Of a DNA stretch of 38,310 nucleotides, positions 22,881 through 33,565 are shown one piece after another (position 1 is the first letter of the stretch; every line of letters starts with the position of its first letter). The notes under the pieces were generated by a model. The model was not told where the DNA came from. It saw nothing but the letters and a program-made list of their open reading frames with translations, and searched no databases. A program made the position numbers and the translations under genes. This DNA is from a virus (lineage: Duplodnaviria > Caudoviricetes), in IMG/VR virus record IMGVR_UViG_3300012667_000578, positions 1-38,310 of that record. One strand, given 5' to 3'.

Positions 22881-23726
22881 ATGGGCACGACGACCACAAC
22901 CTTTGCGCTGAACAAGCCGACAGTCGGCGGTGACGACAACGCTTGGGGCGCGGACCTCAACTCCAACGCTGACAAGCTGGATGACCTGCTTGACGGAACG
23001 ACTGCCATCAAGCCCAACCTTGACGCGGGCTTGTGGAAGGTGGGCGGCGTTGCCGTCACATCTTCGGCGGCTGAGTTGAACATTCTTGACGGCGTGACGG
23101 CCAGCACCACTGAGTTGAATTATGTTGACGGCGTGACTTCGGCCATTCAGACCCAACTTGACGCCAAGCAGGCATCTGACGCCGATCTGACGGCCATTGC
23201 AGGGCTTTCATCTAACGGGATTGTTGCGCGCACCGGCGCAGGAACGGCGGCTGTTCGCACTGTGACGGCAGGCACAGGCATCACGGTAACAAATGGCGAT
23301 GGCGTATCTGGCAACCCAACAGTGGCGGCCACTCTCGCATCGCAAGCCGAAGCTGAGGCCGGGACCGACAACACCAAGCTCATGACGCCTCTGCGGGTGG
23401 CGCAAGCTATTGTCTCAGATCTTAACGCTTCTGGATCTGCCCCGCTTTACGCTTGTCGCGCATGGGTAAAGTTTGACGGGGTTGGCACAGTGGCGATCCG
23501 AGGATCTGGAAACGTCTCGTCTATCACTGATAACGGGACAGGGAATTATACTGTGAATTTCACAGTTGCCATGCAGGATACAAATTATGCTGTCATTGGA
23601 ACAGCGCCAGTTGGCTATTCGCTTGGGTATGAGACAATAACATCTGGATCTGTGCAGGTGTGGACAGTCAACTTTAACAACGCCGGAGTTGATACAGACC
23701 CGGTTTGTGTCACCGTTTTCCGCTGA
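22881..23726 (+). CDS. Tail fibre protein
   Basis: Motifs KPTVGG...[13 protein letters not shown] repeats, [18 protein letters not shown] and C-terminal RAWVKFDG...[11 protein letters not shown]. Confidence 0.8.
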   Translation: MGTTTTTFALNKPTVGGDDNAWGADLNSNADKLDDLLDGTTAIKPNLDAGLWKVGGVAVTSSAAELNILDGVTASTTELNYVDGVTSAIQTQLDAKQASDADLTAIAGLSSNGIVARTGAGTAAVRTVTAGTGITVTNGDGVSGNPTVAATLASQAEAEAGTDNTKLMTPLRVAQAIVSDLNASGSAPLYACRAWVKFDGVGTVAIRGSGNVSSITDNGTGNYTVNFTVAMQDTNYAVIGTAPVGYSLGYETITSGSVQVWTVNFNNAGVDTDPVCVTVFR

Positions 23727-23738
23727 GAGGACACCATC

Positions 23739-23948
23739 ATGCAGGTCATCATTTTCCCGCAAGACGACAATAAGGTGTCTGTTATCATCCCGGCACTTGA
23801 GTTCGCGAGCCAAATAGAAGCTGTGGCTGAAAAGGATGTACCAGAAGGCAAGCAATGGCGCATTATTGACGACAGCGAGCTGCCTTCCCGCGAGTTTCGC
23901 GATCAATGGCGTTGGACCGCATCTGGGCCATTGGAGATTGTCCAATAA
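23739..23948 (+). CDS. Putative tail fibre assembly/accessory protein
   Basis: Motif KDVPEG..WRIID..ELP.REFRD.W, directly after the fibre gene. Confidence 0.6.
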   Translation: MQVIIFPQDDNKVSVIIPALEFASQIEAVAEKDVPEGKQWRIIDDSELPSREFRDQWRWTASGPLEIVQ

Positions 23949-25420
23949 TGCCTCTTGTCCCGCTCCAGATCCCGCCTGGCGTTTACCGCAACGGCACAGA
24001 CATGCAGGCCGCAGGGCGCTGGCGTGATGCCAGCCTTGTGCGCTGGGCTGACGGCACCATGCGACCCGTGGCGGGCTGGGAAGCGCGGTTTGACATCAAC
24101 GATGCCGTGCCACGTGGGATGCACGCTTGGCGTGATTTGAGCAACAACCGATACATTGCCGCTGGTATGTGGGACAAGCTCTATGCCATTTCGCAGGCCG
24201 GAACTGTCACCGACATTACGCCTTCGGGCCTGACCACTGGCAACGTCGCTGCAACGCAGAATCTTGGCTATGGTGGCGGCCTTTACGGCGTTGGCGCATA
24301 TGGCACGCCTCGCGCCGACACGGGTAGCTTTACTGAGGCCACCACTTGGAGTCTAGACAACTGGGGCGAGGAGTTGGTTGCGTGCAGCAATGCGGACGGT
24401 GATCTGTATGCATGGGATCTGAATGTTGCGAACAATGGCGTGACCATCCCAAACGCGCCCACAAGCAACCTCGGTCTAGTTGTCACCGAAGAACGGTTTC
24501 TGTTCGCTCTGGGCGCAGGCGGCAATCCCCGCAAGGTGCAGTGGTCTGATCGTGAAGATCGGGAAATGTGGACCGCAGCCGCAACAAACGAAGCGGGCGA
24601 TCTGGAGTTGCAAACCAGCGGCCAGATCATGCAGGGCGTCCGCACGCGAGGCCAAACGCTGATCCTGACCGACATTGACGCGCATACGGCAACCTACCAA
24701 GGTCCGCCCTTTGTCTATGGCTTTGAGCGCGTTGGCTCGGCCTGCGGCACCATCTCGCGCAAGGCGGCGGCTGTTGTCGATGCGGGCGTGTTCTGGATGG
24801 GGCTTGGCTCGTTCTTTGTCTATGCCGGCGGCGCGGTGCAGGAAGTTCCGTGCGAGGTGGTGGACTATGTTTTCACCGACTTCAACAACAGCTACCGCTC
24901 GCACGTCTGGGCCGTGTCAAACGCACAGCATTCAGAAATCTGGTGGTTCTATCCGTCAAGCAGCGCGACGGAATGCGACCGCTATGTGTCGTATAATTAC
25001 CTTGAGCGGCATTGGTCCATCGGCACGCTTTCCCGCACGGCTGGCGTCGATCGAGGCGTGTTCGCCACGCCGATCTGGCTTGACGCCACCGGGCAGGCCT
25101 ACAACCAAGAGACCGGCACGGCTTACGGCGGCGACAGCATTTTCGCAGAAAGCGGCCCGATCAGCATCGGCGTGGGCGACAATGTTGCCGTCTGCACCAT
25201 GCTTATTCCCGACGAAAAGACCCAGGGCCAAGTCACGGCCACGTTCAAAACGCGCTTCCATCCGAATGACACTGAGCGGTCTTATGGGCCTTACAGCATG
25301 GCAAACCCGACCGATGTGCGGTTTACCGGGCGGCAAATCAGAATGCGGATCAACGGCACGGCAGCCGATTGGCGCGTTGGCATTCCGCGCCTTGATATGA
25401 AGCCTGGAGGCCTGCGGTGA
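23948..25420 (+). CDS. Tail hub/nozzle (P22 gp10-like DNA stabilisation protein)
   Basis: About 490 aa, beta-propeller-like, with WSLDNWGE, VQWSDRED, FWMG and EIWWFYPS. Confidence 0.75.
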   Translation: MPLVPLQIPPGVYRNGTDMQAAGRWRDASLVRWADGTMRPVAGWEARFDINDAVPRGMHAWRDLSNNRYIAAGMWDKLYAISQAGTVTDITPSGLTTGNVAATQNLGYGGGLYGVGAYGTPRADTGSFTEATTWSLDNWGEELVACSNADGDLYAWDLNVANNGVTIPNAPTSNLGLVVTEERFLFALGAGGNPRKVQWSDREDREMWTAAATNEAGDLELQTSGQIMQGVRTRGQTLILTDIDAHTATYQGPPFVYGFERVGSACGTISRKAAAVVDAGVFWMGLGSFFVYAGGAVQEVPCEVVDYVFTDFNNSYRSHVWAVSNAQHSEIWWFYPSSSATECDRYVSYNYLERHWSIGTLSRTAGVDRGVFATPIWLDATGQAYNQETGTAYGGDSIFAESGPISIGVGDNVAVCTMLIPDEKTQGQVTATFKTRFHPNDTERSYGPYSMANPTDVRFTGRQIRMRINGTAADWRVGIPRLDMKPGGLR

Positions 25421-26067
25421 GGGTTCCGCCTGTCATTGGTGGCGAATGGAAGGTGTGGGCCGAGGATTTGCGGCGCTATCTCGGCAAGGCTCTTTCGCAG
25501 CTTTCTGCAAAAGAAGCCAACGCATCGGCCAGCGAAGATGGCGTTATTCTTTGGGACAGGGCAAACGGCTATCCCGTCGTCTCCAAAGATGGCGTGTGGC
25601 GGCAGATCGTGCTGGCGGATGGATACGCAATCTTCGGTCAGGACGTGGATATCACGGCGGCCTCTGCCAACACGGCTTACAAGATTGCGCTGGACAACAT
25701 CGCATCGGCCGGCATCACGCTGACAGGCTCCCCGGCGACCGAGATAACCTTTGTTGAGGGCGGGCTGTATGAAATCGCCTTCACGGCCCAGATTACAAGC
25801 TCGTCGGCCAGCGCCGTCAACTTCCGCTTCTGGCCGCGCGTGAACGGATCTGACGTGACGGGCAGCACGATTGTCGCCAGCCTGCATAACAACGGCGCGA
25901 CCATCACCGTCAGCCGCACGGCGATCTTTTCCTTCGCTGCGGGCGCTGTTCTCAATGTCATGTGGGCCACAGACAGCACAAGTGGCAGCCTGAAGGCGCA
26001 CGCGGCCACGGCTTACGCCCCAGCGGCCCCATCGGTAACGCTGGCCATCACGCGGGTGCAGGCATGA
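25417..26067 (+). CDS. Tail-associated protein with a C-terminal beta-sandwich
   Basis: Contains EITFVEGGLYEIAFTAQI...FWPRVNGSDVTGS; follows the hub gene. Confidence 0.6.
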   Translation: MRVPPVIGGEWKVWAEDLRRYLGKALSQLSAKEANASASEDGVILWDRANGYPVVSKDGVWRQIVLADGYAIFGQDVDITAASANTAYKIALDNIASAGITLTGSPATEITFVEGGLYEIAFTAQITSSSASAVNFRFWPRVNGSDVTGSTIVASLHNNGATITVSRTAIFSFAAGAVLNVMWATDSTSGSLKAHAATAYAPAAPSVTLAITRVQA

Positions 26068-26426
26068 GGCCGAACATCCACGACTACCGCGAGATGATCG
26101 AGGCCGCGCTGGCCTACGGCGGCGGGACGCACACCTTTGAGGACGTTGTGGACTTGGTGCTGTCAGGGCGGGCGCAGTTGTGGCCAGCCCCGCGTGGCGT
26201 TGCAATAACGGAGATTGTGGAGTATCCTCGCAAGCGTGTGCTTCACTGTTTTCTCGCAGCAGGCGAGATGGACCAGATCCTCGACATGATCGACAGTGCG
26301 GTTGAATGGGGCAGGACGCAAAGTTGCACTAGCCTTACGCTGTCAGGCCGATCAGGATGGCAACGTGTATTGGACAAGCATGGTTTCAAGCCTGTGCTGG
26401 TCACGATGGAAAGGGAATTTGGATGA
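26064..26426 (+). CDS. GNAT-fold virion-assembly protein preceding the ejection proteins
   Basis: Pattern AITEIVEYPRKRVLHCFLAAG...GRSGWQRVL..GF. Confidence 0.65.
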   Translation: MRPNIHDYREMIEAALAYGGGTHTFEDVVDLVLSGRAQLWPAPRGVAITEIVEYPRKRVLHCFLAAGEMDQILDMIDSAVEWGRTQSCTSLTLSGRSGWQRVLDKHGFKPVLVTMEREFG

Positions 26427-27154
26427 GCGGCGGCGGAAAAGGCGGAAGCACATCAACATCGGTTCAGGTTCCGGCATGGCTGGAAGGCGCGGCGCAACAG
26501 AATCTTGCGCGTGCAGACCGTGTGGCGCAACTTGGTTACACGCCTTATTACGGGCCGGACGTGGCCGCGTTCTCTCCGATGCAGCAGGCGGCAATGCAGG
26601 GCACCAATCAGGCGGCTTTGGCCTTCGGAATGCCGAGCGTTGACGCGATGGCCGGAATGCCGCAAGCGCAAACCTTCGCGGGTGGCGTTCAGGGATATTC
26701 GTCGGCGCCACTGTATCAGCAGAGCGTTGAGGCTTTGGCCGCAAATGATCCCGGCTTGTATCGCGCCATGGGGCAGATGTTCATCGACCCTAACACTGGC
26801 GCGCAGCCGGGTTCGCCGTTTGGAAGTGGGGCCGGAACAGGCAGCATGGGCGGCAAGGGTGGTGGGTCAGTTTCGCCTGCCGTGGCAATGGCCATTTCAG
26901 ATCAGTTCGGCGGTCGCAATCGTGACAGTGGCGGCATGGCCGTCGGTGGCGGTAGTCGCAGCACTACGTCAATGGCAACGCTTGGATCTTACATGCCTGG
27001 TGGCGTGAATACGAACAACCCGGCAAGCCTCGGCAATCGCGTAGCAGCGGCTGCCACATCTAAATCTGGAAAATCTGGCGGGTCGGCCGCGCCTACCGGG
27101 GGTCGCGCAGCCAGCGCACCGCCCGGTCGCAGTGACGCGAACAAGAGGAGATAA
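26423..27154 (+). CDS. DNA ejection (pilot) protein
   Basis: MSGGGKGGSTSTS start, G/S/A/Q-rich composition and position after the GNAT gene. Confidence 0.6.
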   Translation: MSGGGKGGSTSTSVQVPAWLEGAAQQNLARADRVAQLGYTPYYGPDVAAFSPMQQAAMQGTNQAALAFGMPSVDAMAGMPQAQTFAGGVQGYSSAPLYQQSVEALAANDPGLYRAMGQMFIDPNTGAQPGSPFGSGAGTGSMGGKGGGSVSPAVAMAISDQFGGRNRDSGGMAVGGGSRSTTSMATLGSYMPGGVNTNNPASLGNRVAAAATSKSGKSGGSAAPTGGRAASAPPGRSDANKRR

Positions 27155-27156
27155 TC

Positions 27157-27852
27157 ATGGCAGGCGGAGCAAACCCACAAAACGTGGCGCAACCCGGTCA
27201 AGGCGCATTTACCTCTGCGGTTCCCGGCGCAACGGCCGCTGCACCCGTGACGTTTAACCAGCCCACAGCCCCCGGCGTTTTCGGGCAGGCTGCCGGCGCT
27301 TACAACGCGGCGCTGCAAGGGCCTAACATTGGCCAATTCATGAACCCCTACACCTCCGAGGTAATCGGGCGCACGGGCATGGACATGGCGCGTCAGGCGC
27401 AGATGCAGCAGAACACGCTAGGCGCGCAAGCAACGGCCGCTGGAGCCTTTGGCGGTTCGCGGCATGGCGTGGCCGAAGGCACGATGATGGGCGACTATGG
27501 GCGCGCGTTTGGCGACATTGCAGCCCAGCAGCGCCAACAGGGCTTTAACACCGCATTGCAGGCCGCACAGGGCCAACAGGGCATCCAGTCTGGCCTCGCC
27601 GGGCAGGGTTTTGGCTTTGGTCAGGCGATCAACCAACAGCAGATGCAGCAGGGCGGCTTGCAGCAAGGCTTGATGCAGCAACTCATTGACGCGGCGCGCG
27701 GGCAATACGGCGGCTATACGGGCGCCCCGATGGCTTCGCTGTCCGCTCCTATGGCCGCGCTTGGTGCGGCGAACATGGGCCAGAACACGCAGACGCAGAC
27801 GCAGAAGCCTGGCCTTCTGCAATATATGTCAATGCTGCTCGGGGCTATGTAA
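27157..27852 (+). CDS. DNA ejection protein
   Basis: Motifs FMNPY and AGAFGGSRHGV; Q/G rich. Confidence 0.65.
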   Translation: MAGGANPQNVAQPGQGAFTSAVPGATAAAPVTFNQPTAPGVFGQAAGAYNAALQGPNIGQFMNPYTSEVIGRTGMDMARQAQMQQNTLGAQATAAGAFGGSRHGVAEGTMMGDYGRAFGDIAAQQRQQGFNTALQAAQGQQGIQSGLAGQGFGFGQAINQQQMQQGGLQQGLMQQLIDAARGQYGGYTGAPMASLSAPMAALGAANMGQNTQTQTQKPGLLQYMSMLLGAM

Positions 27853-28514
27853 TGGAACAAGAGATCATCGCCGGATTGCTTGCACGGGGCGTGTCTCTGC
27901 CAGTAGCGCAGGGCATCGTTGCAAACATGAAGGCGGAAAGCAACTTGCAGCCCGGCATCAACGAGATTGCTCCCGTTGTTCCTGGCTCGCGTGGTGGCTT
28001 TGGTCTCAATCAATGGACAGGTCCAAGGCGCGTTGCATATGAGCAGTTTGCGGCAGAGCGCGGCGCACCGCTGGACGATCTGCAAACGCAGCTAGACTTC
28101 ACCATGTATGAGTTGCAGGGGCCTGAGAAAGCCGCATATGCAGCCTTGCAAGGCGTGCAAGATCCGCTTGAAGCCGCGCGCATTTACTCTGAGCGGTTTT
28201 TGCGGCCCGGCATCCCAAACATGGACAAGCGGCTTGGCTACGCGGCAGATATTGCCGGGATGCCCATGCCCAGCTCATCCACACCATTCGGCCCGGGCAC
28301 GCCTGTGGCTGCCGCAACGCCAATGATGCAGCCAGCCGATCCGTTCGAGGGCATGGGCCTGCTGTCGCGCTTTGCGGCAAGCCGTGGCATTGCCCAAGAC
28401 GCAGAGGCTGCGCCGTTGGCGAACCTGTTAAACATCATCACGCAGAAGAAAGACCCGCGCCTGGCCCAAGCGGCACAGCAGCGTGGCGGCTTCTTCGGGC
28501 TTTTGGGGGAATAA
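27852..28514 (+). CDS. Virion peptidoglycan hydrolase (Phage_lysozyme2 family)
   Basis: Motifs GIVANMKAESNL.P..NE, GFGLNQWTGPR, QLDF..YEL and FLRPG. Confidence 0.85.
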   Translation: MEQEIIAGLLARGVSLPVAQGIVANMKAESNLQPGINEIAPVVPGSRGGFGLNQWTGPRRVAYEQFAAERGAPLDDLQTQLDFTMYELQGPEKAAYAALQGVQDPLEAARIYSERFLRPGIPNMDKRLGYAADIAGMPMPSSSTPFGPGTPVAAATPMMQPADPFEGMGLLSRFAASRGIAQDAEAAPLANLLNIITQKKDPRLAQAAQQRGGFFGLLGE

Positions 28515-29486
28515 ATGGCTGATCCTATCACCCAACCTGGCGGCGGCCTTCTCGGTGGCTTCTTCGGGCCTAGCGGCCGTGACAGCCGCCAGCGTCTTGC
28601 CATTGCATTGGAAGGGCTGGCCCTCAATCCAAACCAAGCCTTAATCGGTCAGTTGCAAGGCGACATTCAAGGGCGCCAAGAGCAGCGCCAGCAGAATGCA
28701 ACATTGGACTGGCTGCGTTCACGCGGCCGTGATGATTTGGTGCAGGCTGTCATGGGCGGCCTTCCGATTGCCGACGCGATGAGATCAGCAACGGCTCCTG
28801 CGCCCGGTCCTGAGCGTGGTGTCGTGGTCGGCGGCAACATCGTCAACCCGCTCACGGGAGAGGTGATTTACCAAGGCCCAGAAGCCGAAGCCATGACGCC
28901 CGCCGCATTCGTCGCCCTTGATATGCAGGCACAAGCTGCTGGCTTCAGGCCCGGAACGCCTGAGTATCAGGAATTTATGGCAACCCGTGGATCTGGCTTG
29001 GCGGCAGAAGCACGCGCTATTGGAACGGCTACGGGTGAGGCTGTGGTCGCAGCGCCGGTTGATGTCGCTACGGCAGACACCACGTTGCAATTGATTGCAG
29101 ATCTGAAAACTGATCCGGGCCTTGAACTTGCCACTGGCGCATCATCAGTCCTTAACGTGGTCCCCGGAACACCCGGCTATGACTTCCAAAACCGCCTTGA
29201 CCAGCTTTTGAGCGGTGGGTTCCTGACGGCTATCGACCAACTGCGCGGCATGGGCGCACTGTCCAACGCAGAAGGCCAGACCGCAACAAGAGCAATCAGC
29301 CGCATGGACAGTGCAACAAGCACTCCAGCTTTCCGAGAAGCTCTTGCGGACTATGAAAAAGTTGTTCGCACTGGGCGAGAACGCGCTGCCAAGCGCATTG
29401 AGGCCCCTGCTGCCGGATCGGTTGAGCCTCAAGGCGCACCTAAAACCCGTTTGCGCTACAATTCGGAAACAGGAGCTTTTGAATGA
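28515..29486 (+). CDS. Internal virion/ejection protein
   Basis: Motif LRGMGALSNAEG and terminal RLRYNSETGAFE; position in the ejection module. Confidence 0.6.
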   Translation: MADPITQPGGGLLGGFFGPSGRDSRQRLAIALEGLALNPNQALIGQLQGDIQGRQEQRQQNATLDWLRSRGRDDLVQAVMGGLPIADAMRSATAPAPGPERGVVVGGNIVNPLTGEVIYQGPEAEAMTPAAFVALDMQAQAAGFRPGTPEYQEFMATRGSGLAAEARAIGTATGEAVVAAPVDVATADTTLQLIADLKTDPGLELATGASSVLNVVPGTPGYDFQNRLDQLLSGGFLTAIDQLRGMGALSNAEGQTATRAISRMDSATSTPAFREALADYEKVVRTGRERAAKRIEAPAAGSVEPQGAPKTRLRYNSETGAFE

Positions 29487-31231
29487 TCGAGGTCGAACTC
29501 TCCGACGGCCGCATTCTGGAGTTTCCAGAAGGCACCGATCAGGCAACCATGAAGCGCGCCATTGACGGCCTGCTGATGCGTGACCGTGTTGCCGCTGCTA
29601 AGGCTGGCACGCTGGAAATGCAGCCCGGATCGGCTGAACGTGCTGCGGCTGCAAACGAGCAGGCGACCGCCATGATGCAGCCTGAGCGCACCATCGGCCA
29701 GACGATCTATGAGAACGTGGTTGGCAGCGGAGCCGTTGACACCCCCGGCGAGCGGTTTGGAGAGTTGTTGCGTGGCGCGGGCGCTGGCTTTCAGCGTGGC
29801 AGCGCCCAACTTGCTGGCCTTCCCGGCACGATTGGCGATCTGCTGAACATGGGCGCGGTCAGTGGCGCAAACGCCTTGCTCGGCACCAACTTGCAAACCA
29901 CGCAAGAAGCCACTGGGGCGCCGGGCCTGCTCTCAGGCCAGAGCATTCAAGATGCACTTGCATCCGCCACTGGAGGCGCAAGCGAATTCCGCGCGCCCGG
30001 AACTGCTGGGGATTATGCCGCTACGATTGGCGAGTTTCTGCCGAGTGCAATGGGCGGGCCAAGCGCAATGTTGCGCTATGGCGTGCTTCCCGGCGCCGCC
30101 AGCGAGGCGGCAGGGCAGGCGACGGAAGGCACAGCCCTTGAGCCTTACGCACGTGCTGCGGCCGCTATCGGAACGTCGTTGCTTGCCTCTCCTCGTCCAG
30201 GCGCATTTGTTGGTGACGACGAAACCGCGCGCATGGCCAACGTGCTGCGTGAAAGCGGCGTTGATGTTTCCACTGGTCAAGGTCGCGGCTCGCAAGCCTT
30301 GATGCGAATGGAAGGCCGCTTGCAGGCGACGGACGATCAGCTTGCGGACTTCACCGCTGCCACCATGCGCCAGCTTGGAAGCACGGCGAAAACAGCCACC
30401 CCCACAAACCTTGCCGCAACGCAGCGCGAAATCGTCAAGCAAATGGACGATGCTGTGAGCGGGGTGAACATCATTCCAAATCGCACGCAGGCTCAGGCTG
30501 CGGTGAAGGTGGCGACGGATTACATTGACCGCGTTCCAGCGGGTCAACTGACGCCACGCATTCGCGGTATTGCCAACGAAATCAAGGCATTAGCTTCAAG
30601 CGGCAAAGACGTTCCATTGTCGCGTCTCAAGGAGTGGCGCTCTGACATTGGCGGTTTTACCGTTTCGTCCGACACTGCGACCAGAAACGCGGCACACTCG
30701 TTGCGAACCTTGATTGACGATATGACCGATCAGGCTCTTACCGCTGCTGGGCGCGCTGACGACATTGCTGCACTTGCAAAGGCCCGCGAGGCCTACCGCA
30801 ACTTTATCGGCGTCCGTGATGCGGCCACTCGGGCAGCAGCAGAAGGCGGCATACTTTCTCCCACCCAACTCAATCAATCCATGATCCGCGCGCAGGGCCG
30901 TGAGGCATATGCAACCGGCCGATCCACGCCAATGACTGACTTCACCCGTTCGGCGGCAGCAACCCTGCGCCCTGCGCCTGCAACGCTTCCTGGCGGCGTG
31001 CGGTCTATCTCTGAGGCTCTACCGGCTGCACTTGGGGCAGCAGGGGCTGGTGGCGCGATTGGGGCCGGTCTTGGCCCGCTCGGCGCAATTATCGGTGGTG
31101 TTGGCGGTGCTTTGGCCCCGGCTGTTGGCCAAATGGTAATGCGGAGCAACCCCATGCAGGCCATGCTTCGTGACCCGCTCCGCACGCTAACGCAAGCTGG
31201 GCGCACCGTCCCCGGCCTTCTCGCACAATAA
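29483..31231 (+). CDS. Large internal virion/ejection protein
   Basis: N-terminus MIEVELSDGRILEFPEGT; A/G-rich helical composition; 582 aa. Confidence 0.65.
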   Translation: MIEVELSDGRILEFPEGTDQATMKRAIDGLLMRDRVAAAKAGTLEMQPGSAERAAAANEQATAMMQPERTIGQTIYENVVGSGAVDTPGERFGELLRGAGAGFQRGSAQLAGLPGTIGDLLNMGAVSGANALLGTNLQTTQEATGAPGLLSGQSIQDALASATGGASEFRAPGTAGDYAATIGEFLPSAMGGPSAMLRYGVLPGAASEAAGQATEGTALEPYARAAAAIGTSLLASPRPGAFVGDDETARMANVLRESGVDVSTGQGRGSQALMRMEGRLQATDDQLADFTAATMRQLGSTAKTATPTNLAATQREIVKQMDDAVSGVNIIPNRTQAQAAVKVATDYIDRVPAGQLTPRIRGIANEIKALASSGKDVPLSRLKEWRSDIGGFTVSSDTATRNAAHSLRTLIDDMTDQALTAAGRADDIAALAKAREAYRNFIGVRDAATRAAAEGGILSPTQLNQSMIRAQGREAYATGRSTPMTDFTRSAAATLRPAPATLPGGVRSISEALPAALGAAGAGGAIGAGLGPLGAIIGGVGGALAPAVGQMVMRSNPMQAMLRDPLRTLTQAGRTVPGLLAQ

Positions 31232-31242
31232 CGGAGACACAA

Positions 31243-33324
31243 ATGCAGCCGAAGAAGCTCACCCGCGACCAGATCCAGAACACGATCAAGAACGCCATCA
31301 CCGAGGCGGTTGACTTCGTTGAGTCCGAAATCGCACCCCAGCGGATCAAGGCGCAGAAATACTTTGACGGCCAAGTGGATCTGGAGGCCGAGGACGGTCG
31401 CTCGCAGGTTGTCGCCACAAAATGCCGGGACACCATCCGCGCGGTGAAGCCGTCGCTGATGCGCGTGTTCTTGCAGTCTGGCCGCCCGGTTGAGTTTGTG
31501 CCGCGCAAGCCACAGGCCGTGCAGGAAGCCGAGCAAAAGACCAACTATGCGGCCTATGTTTTTGAGCGCAACAACGGCTTCCAGATCCTGTCTGACGCAA
31601 TTGATGACGCGCTTAAGAAAAAGGTCGGCATCTGGAAAGTCTACGTTGACGAGCCTGCCACGGTTGAAATCGATGAATACAGCGATCTGACCGAAGATCA
31701 GGTGCAGTTCCTGCGGATGGACCCCGAGATTGAAATTCTTGATGAAGAAATCACGCAAGAGGCCACCATTGACGAAATGGGCATGACCATCATGCCGGCC
31801 GTCTACGAATTGAAGGTCGCCAAGGAAACACGCAGCAAGGAAATCCGCATTGATGCGGTGGCCCCGGAAGATTTCTTTGTGGACCGCAATGCCAGCGGCA
31901 TCCAAGACGCCTATGTCTGCGGTCATAGCGCGGACATGCGCGTGGGCGATGTTGTAGCTATGGGCTACGATTTCGAGACCGTCTACAATATGGCCGGGAC
32001 CACAGATGGCCGCGTTGACGAGGAAGAAACGCTCCAGCGACTTGGCTGGGATGCCAGCGATACCGACGAGGACGCCAACGATCCGTCCATGCGGAAGATC
32101 ACGCTGACCGAAGCCTACATGAAGATGGACATTGAAGGCACGGGCATTCCTCGCCTTTACAAGTTCCTGTGCGGCGGCGGCAGCTATGAAATGCTGGACT
32201 ACGAACTTTGCGACGAGATGCCGTTTGCCATCTTTGAGGTTGACCCGGAAGCGCACGCCTTCTTCGGTCGGTCGCTTGTTGAAATCATCATTGACGACCA
32301 AGACGCGGCCACGTCGCTTCTGCGCGGTTTGCTCGATAACATGAGCCTCATCAACAACCCGCGCATGGTGGTCAATTCCCAGCTTGTGAACATGGACGAC
32401 GTTCTCAACAACGAGATCGGCGCCATCATCCGCACCAAGGACGTGAGTGCCGTCCGTGAAATCACCATCGGCGGCATGGCTGCTGGGCTTTTGCCTGCCA
32501 TCACTTACTACGACGAGGCTATCCGGGCTAAGACGGGCGTCTCTGGCGCTGGCATGGGCCTCGATGCCAACGTGCTGCAATCCCAGACCGCTCAGGGCGT
32601 CAATGCCGCCGTGCAGGCCGCCAATCAGGTGTCAGAACTTATCGCCCGGCACTTGGCCGAGGGCGGCATGAAACAGGCGTTTAAGATCATCGCCAAGCTG
32701 GCCAAGCAGCACATCGGCAGCCAAGAGATGATGCGCGTCAATGGCGAGTTTGTGCCGGTTGATCCGCGTTCTTGGTCGGCTGACAGCGACATGGCTGTGA
32801 ACGTCGGCATCGGCACAGGCAAGCACGAAGAGCGCGCAATGGTGCTGCGTGAGACGCTCCAGACGCAAATGGGCATCTGGCAGGCTTACGGCCCGCAGAA
32901 TGGCATCGTGACCATGAGCAACATCCGCGCCACCTTGGCCGACATTCTGCGTCACAGCGGCCTCCACAACGCAGAGCGCTATTATCAGCCCATGAACCCG
33001 CAGATTGAGAAGATGCTCATGCAGCAGGCCGCTATGGCCGCGCAGGCGCAACAGGGCCAGCAGATGGGCAGCGATCCAAACGCGGCCTTCTTGCAGGCTG
33101 AGCAAATGAAGACATCGGCCCGCGTTATGGCTGACCAGCAAAAGACGCAGTTGGACTATCAGAAGGCGCTGATGCAGGACGACCGCGAGCGGGATAAGAT
33201 GGCGCAGGATCTGGCCATCGAGGCCGCCAAGATCCTCGCCAACAGCGGCATTCGCCTGAACGAGCAGGCAATCAAGGCCGAGCAGGCGATGACGCGACCG
33301 ATGGGGATGATGCCGAATGCTTGA
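31243..33324 (+). CDS. Portal protein (P22-like, long Q-rich C-terminal barrel)
   Basis: Motifs GRSQVV...DTI...PSLMRVF, DAL.KKVGIWKVY, PEDFFVD, HAFFGRS and VNVGIGTG. Confidence 0.9.
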   Translation: MQPKKLTRDQIQNTIKNAITEAVDFVESEIAPQRIKAQKYFDGQVDLEAEDGRSQVVATKCRDTIRAVKPSLMRVFLQSGRPVEFVPRKPQAVQEAEQKTNYAAYVFERNNGFQILSDAIDDALKKKVGIWKVYVDEPATVEIDEYSDLTEDQVQFLRMDPEIEILDEEITQEATIDEMGMTIMPAVYELKVAKETRSKEIRIDAVAPEDFFVDRNASGIQDAYVCGHSADMRVGDVVAMGYDFETVYNMAGTTDGRVDEEETLQRLGWDASDTDEDANDPSMRKITLTEAYMKMDIEGTGIPRLYKFLCGGGSYEMLDYELCDEMPFAIFEVDPEAHAFFGRSLVEIIIDDQDAATSLLRGLLDNMSLINNPRMVVNSQLVNMDDVLNNEIGAIIRTKDVSAVREITIGGMAAGLLPAITYYDEAIRAKTGVSGAGMGLDANVLQSQTAQGVNAAVQAANQVSELIARHLAEGGMKQAFKIIAKLAKQHIGSQEMMRVNGEFVPVDPRSWSADSDMAVNVGIGTGKHEERAMVLRETLQTQMGIWQAYGPQNGIVTMSNIRATLADILRHSGLHNAERYYQPMNPQIEKMLMQQAAMAAQAQQGQQMGSDPNAAFLQAEQMKTSARVMADQQKTQLDYQKALMQDDRERDKMAQDLAIEAAKILANSGIRLNEQAIKAEQAMTRPMGMMPNA

Positions 33325-33565
33325 TATTCGACAGCGCGCAACTCAGGCCCGGCAGTTGGCTGATTACGAGCCTTTCAAGGCAATTGCCGACGAAATCCGC
33401 GATGAAGCTGTTCAATTGTTTTTGAACCCGGCGTCTGATATAAATGCGATAGCTCGGGCGCATGAGGCGATCCGGGCGGTTGAAACGTTCATCGCGGCAA
33501 TTCAAACGCGCCTCGACGCCGAGAAGGTCGCAGACAAAAAGGCTCAGGACCGTGGACGCGACTGA
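33317..33565 (+). CDS. Small helical head-module protein between portal and scaffold
   Basis: 82 aa, overlapping both neighbours. Confidence 0.65.
   Translation: MLDIRQRATQARQLADYEPFKAIADEIRDEAVQLFLNPASDINAIARAHEAIRAVETFIAAIQTRLDAEKVADKKAQDRGRD

Noticed and set aside
30874-32580. 568-aa minus-strand ORF
   Set aside because: It is a shadow of the portal gene caused by codon bias.
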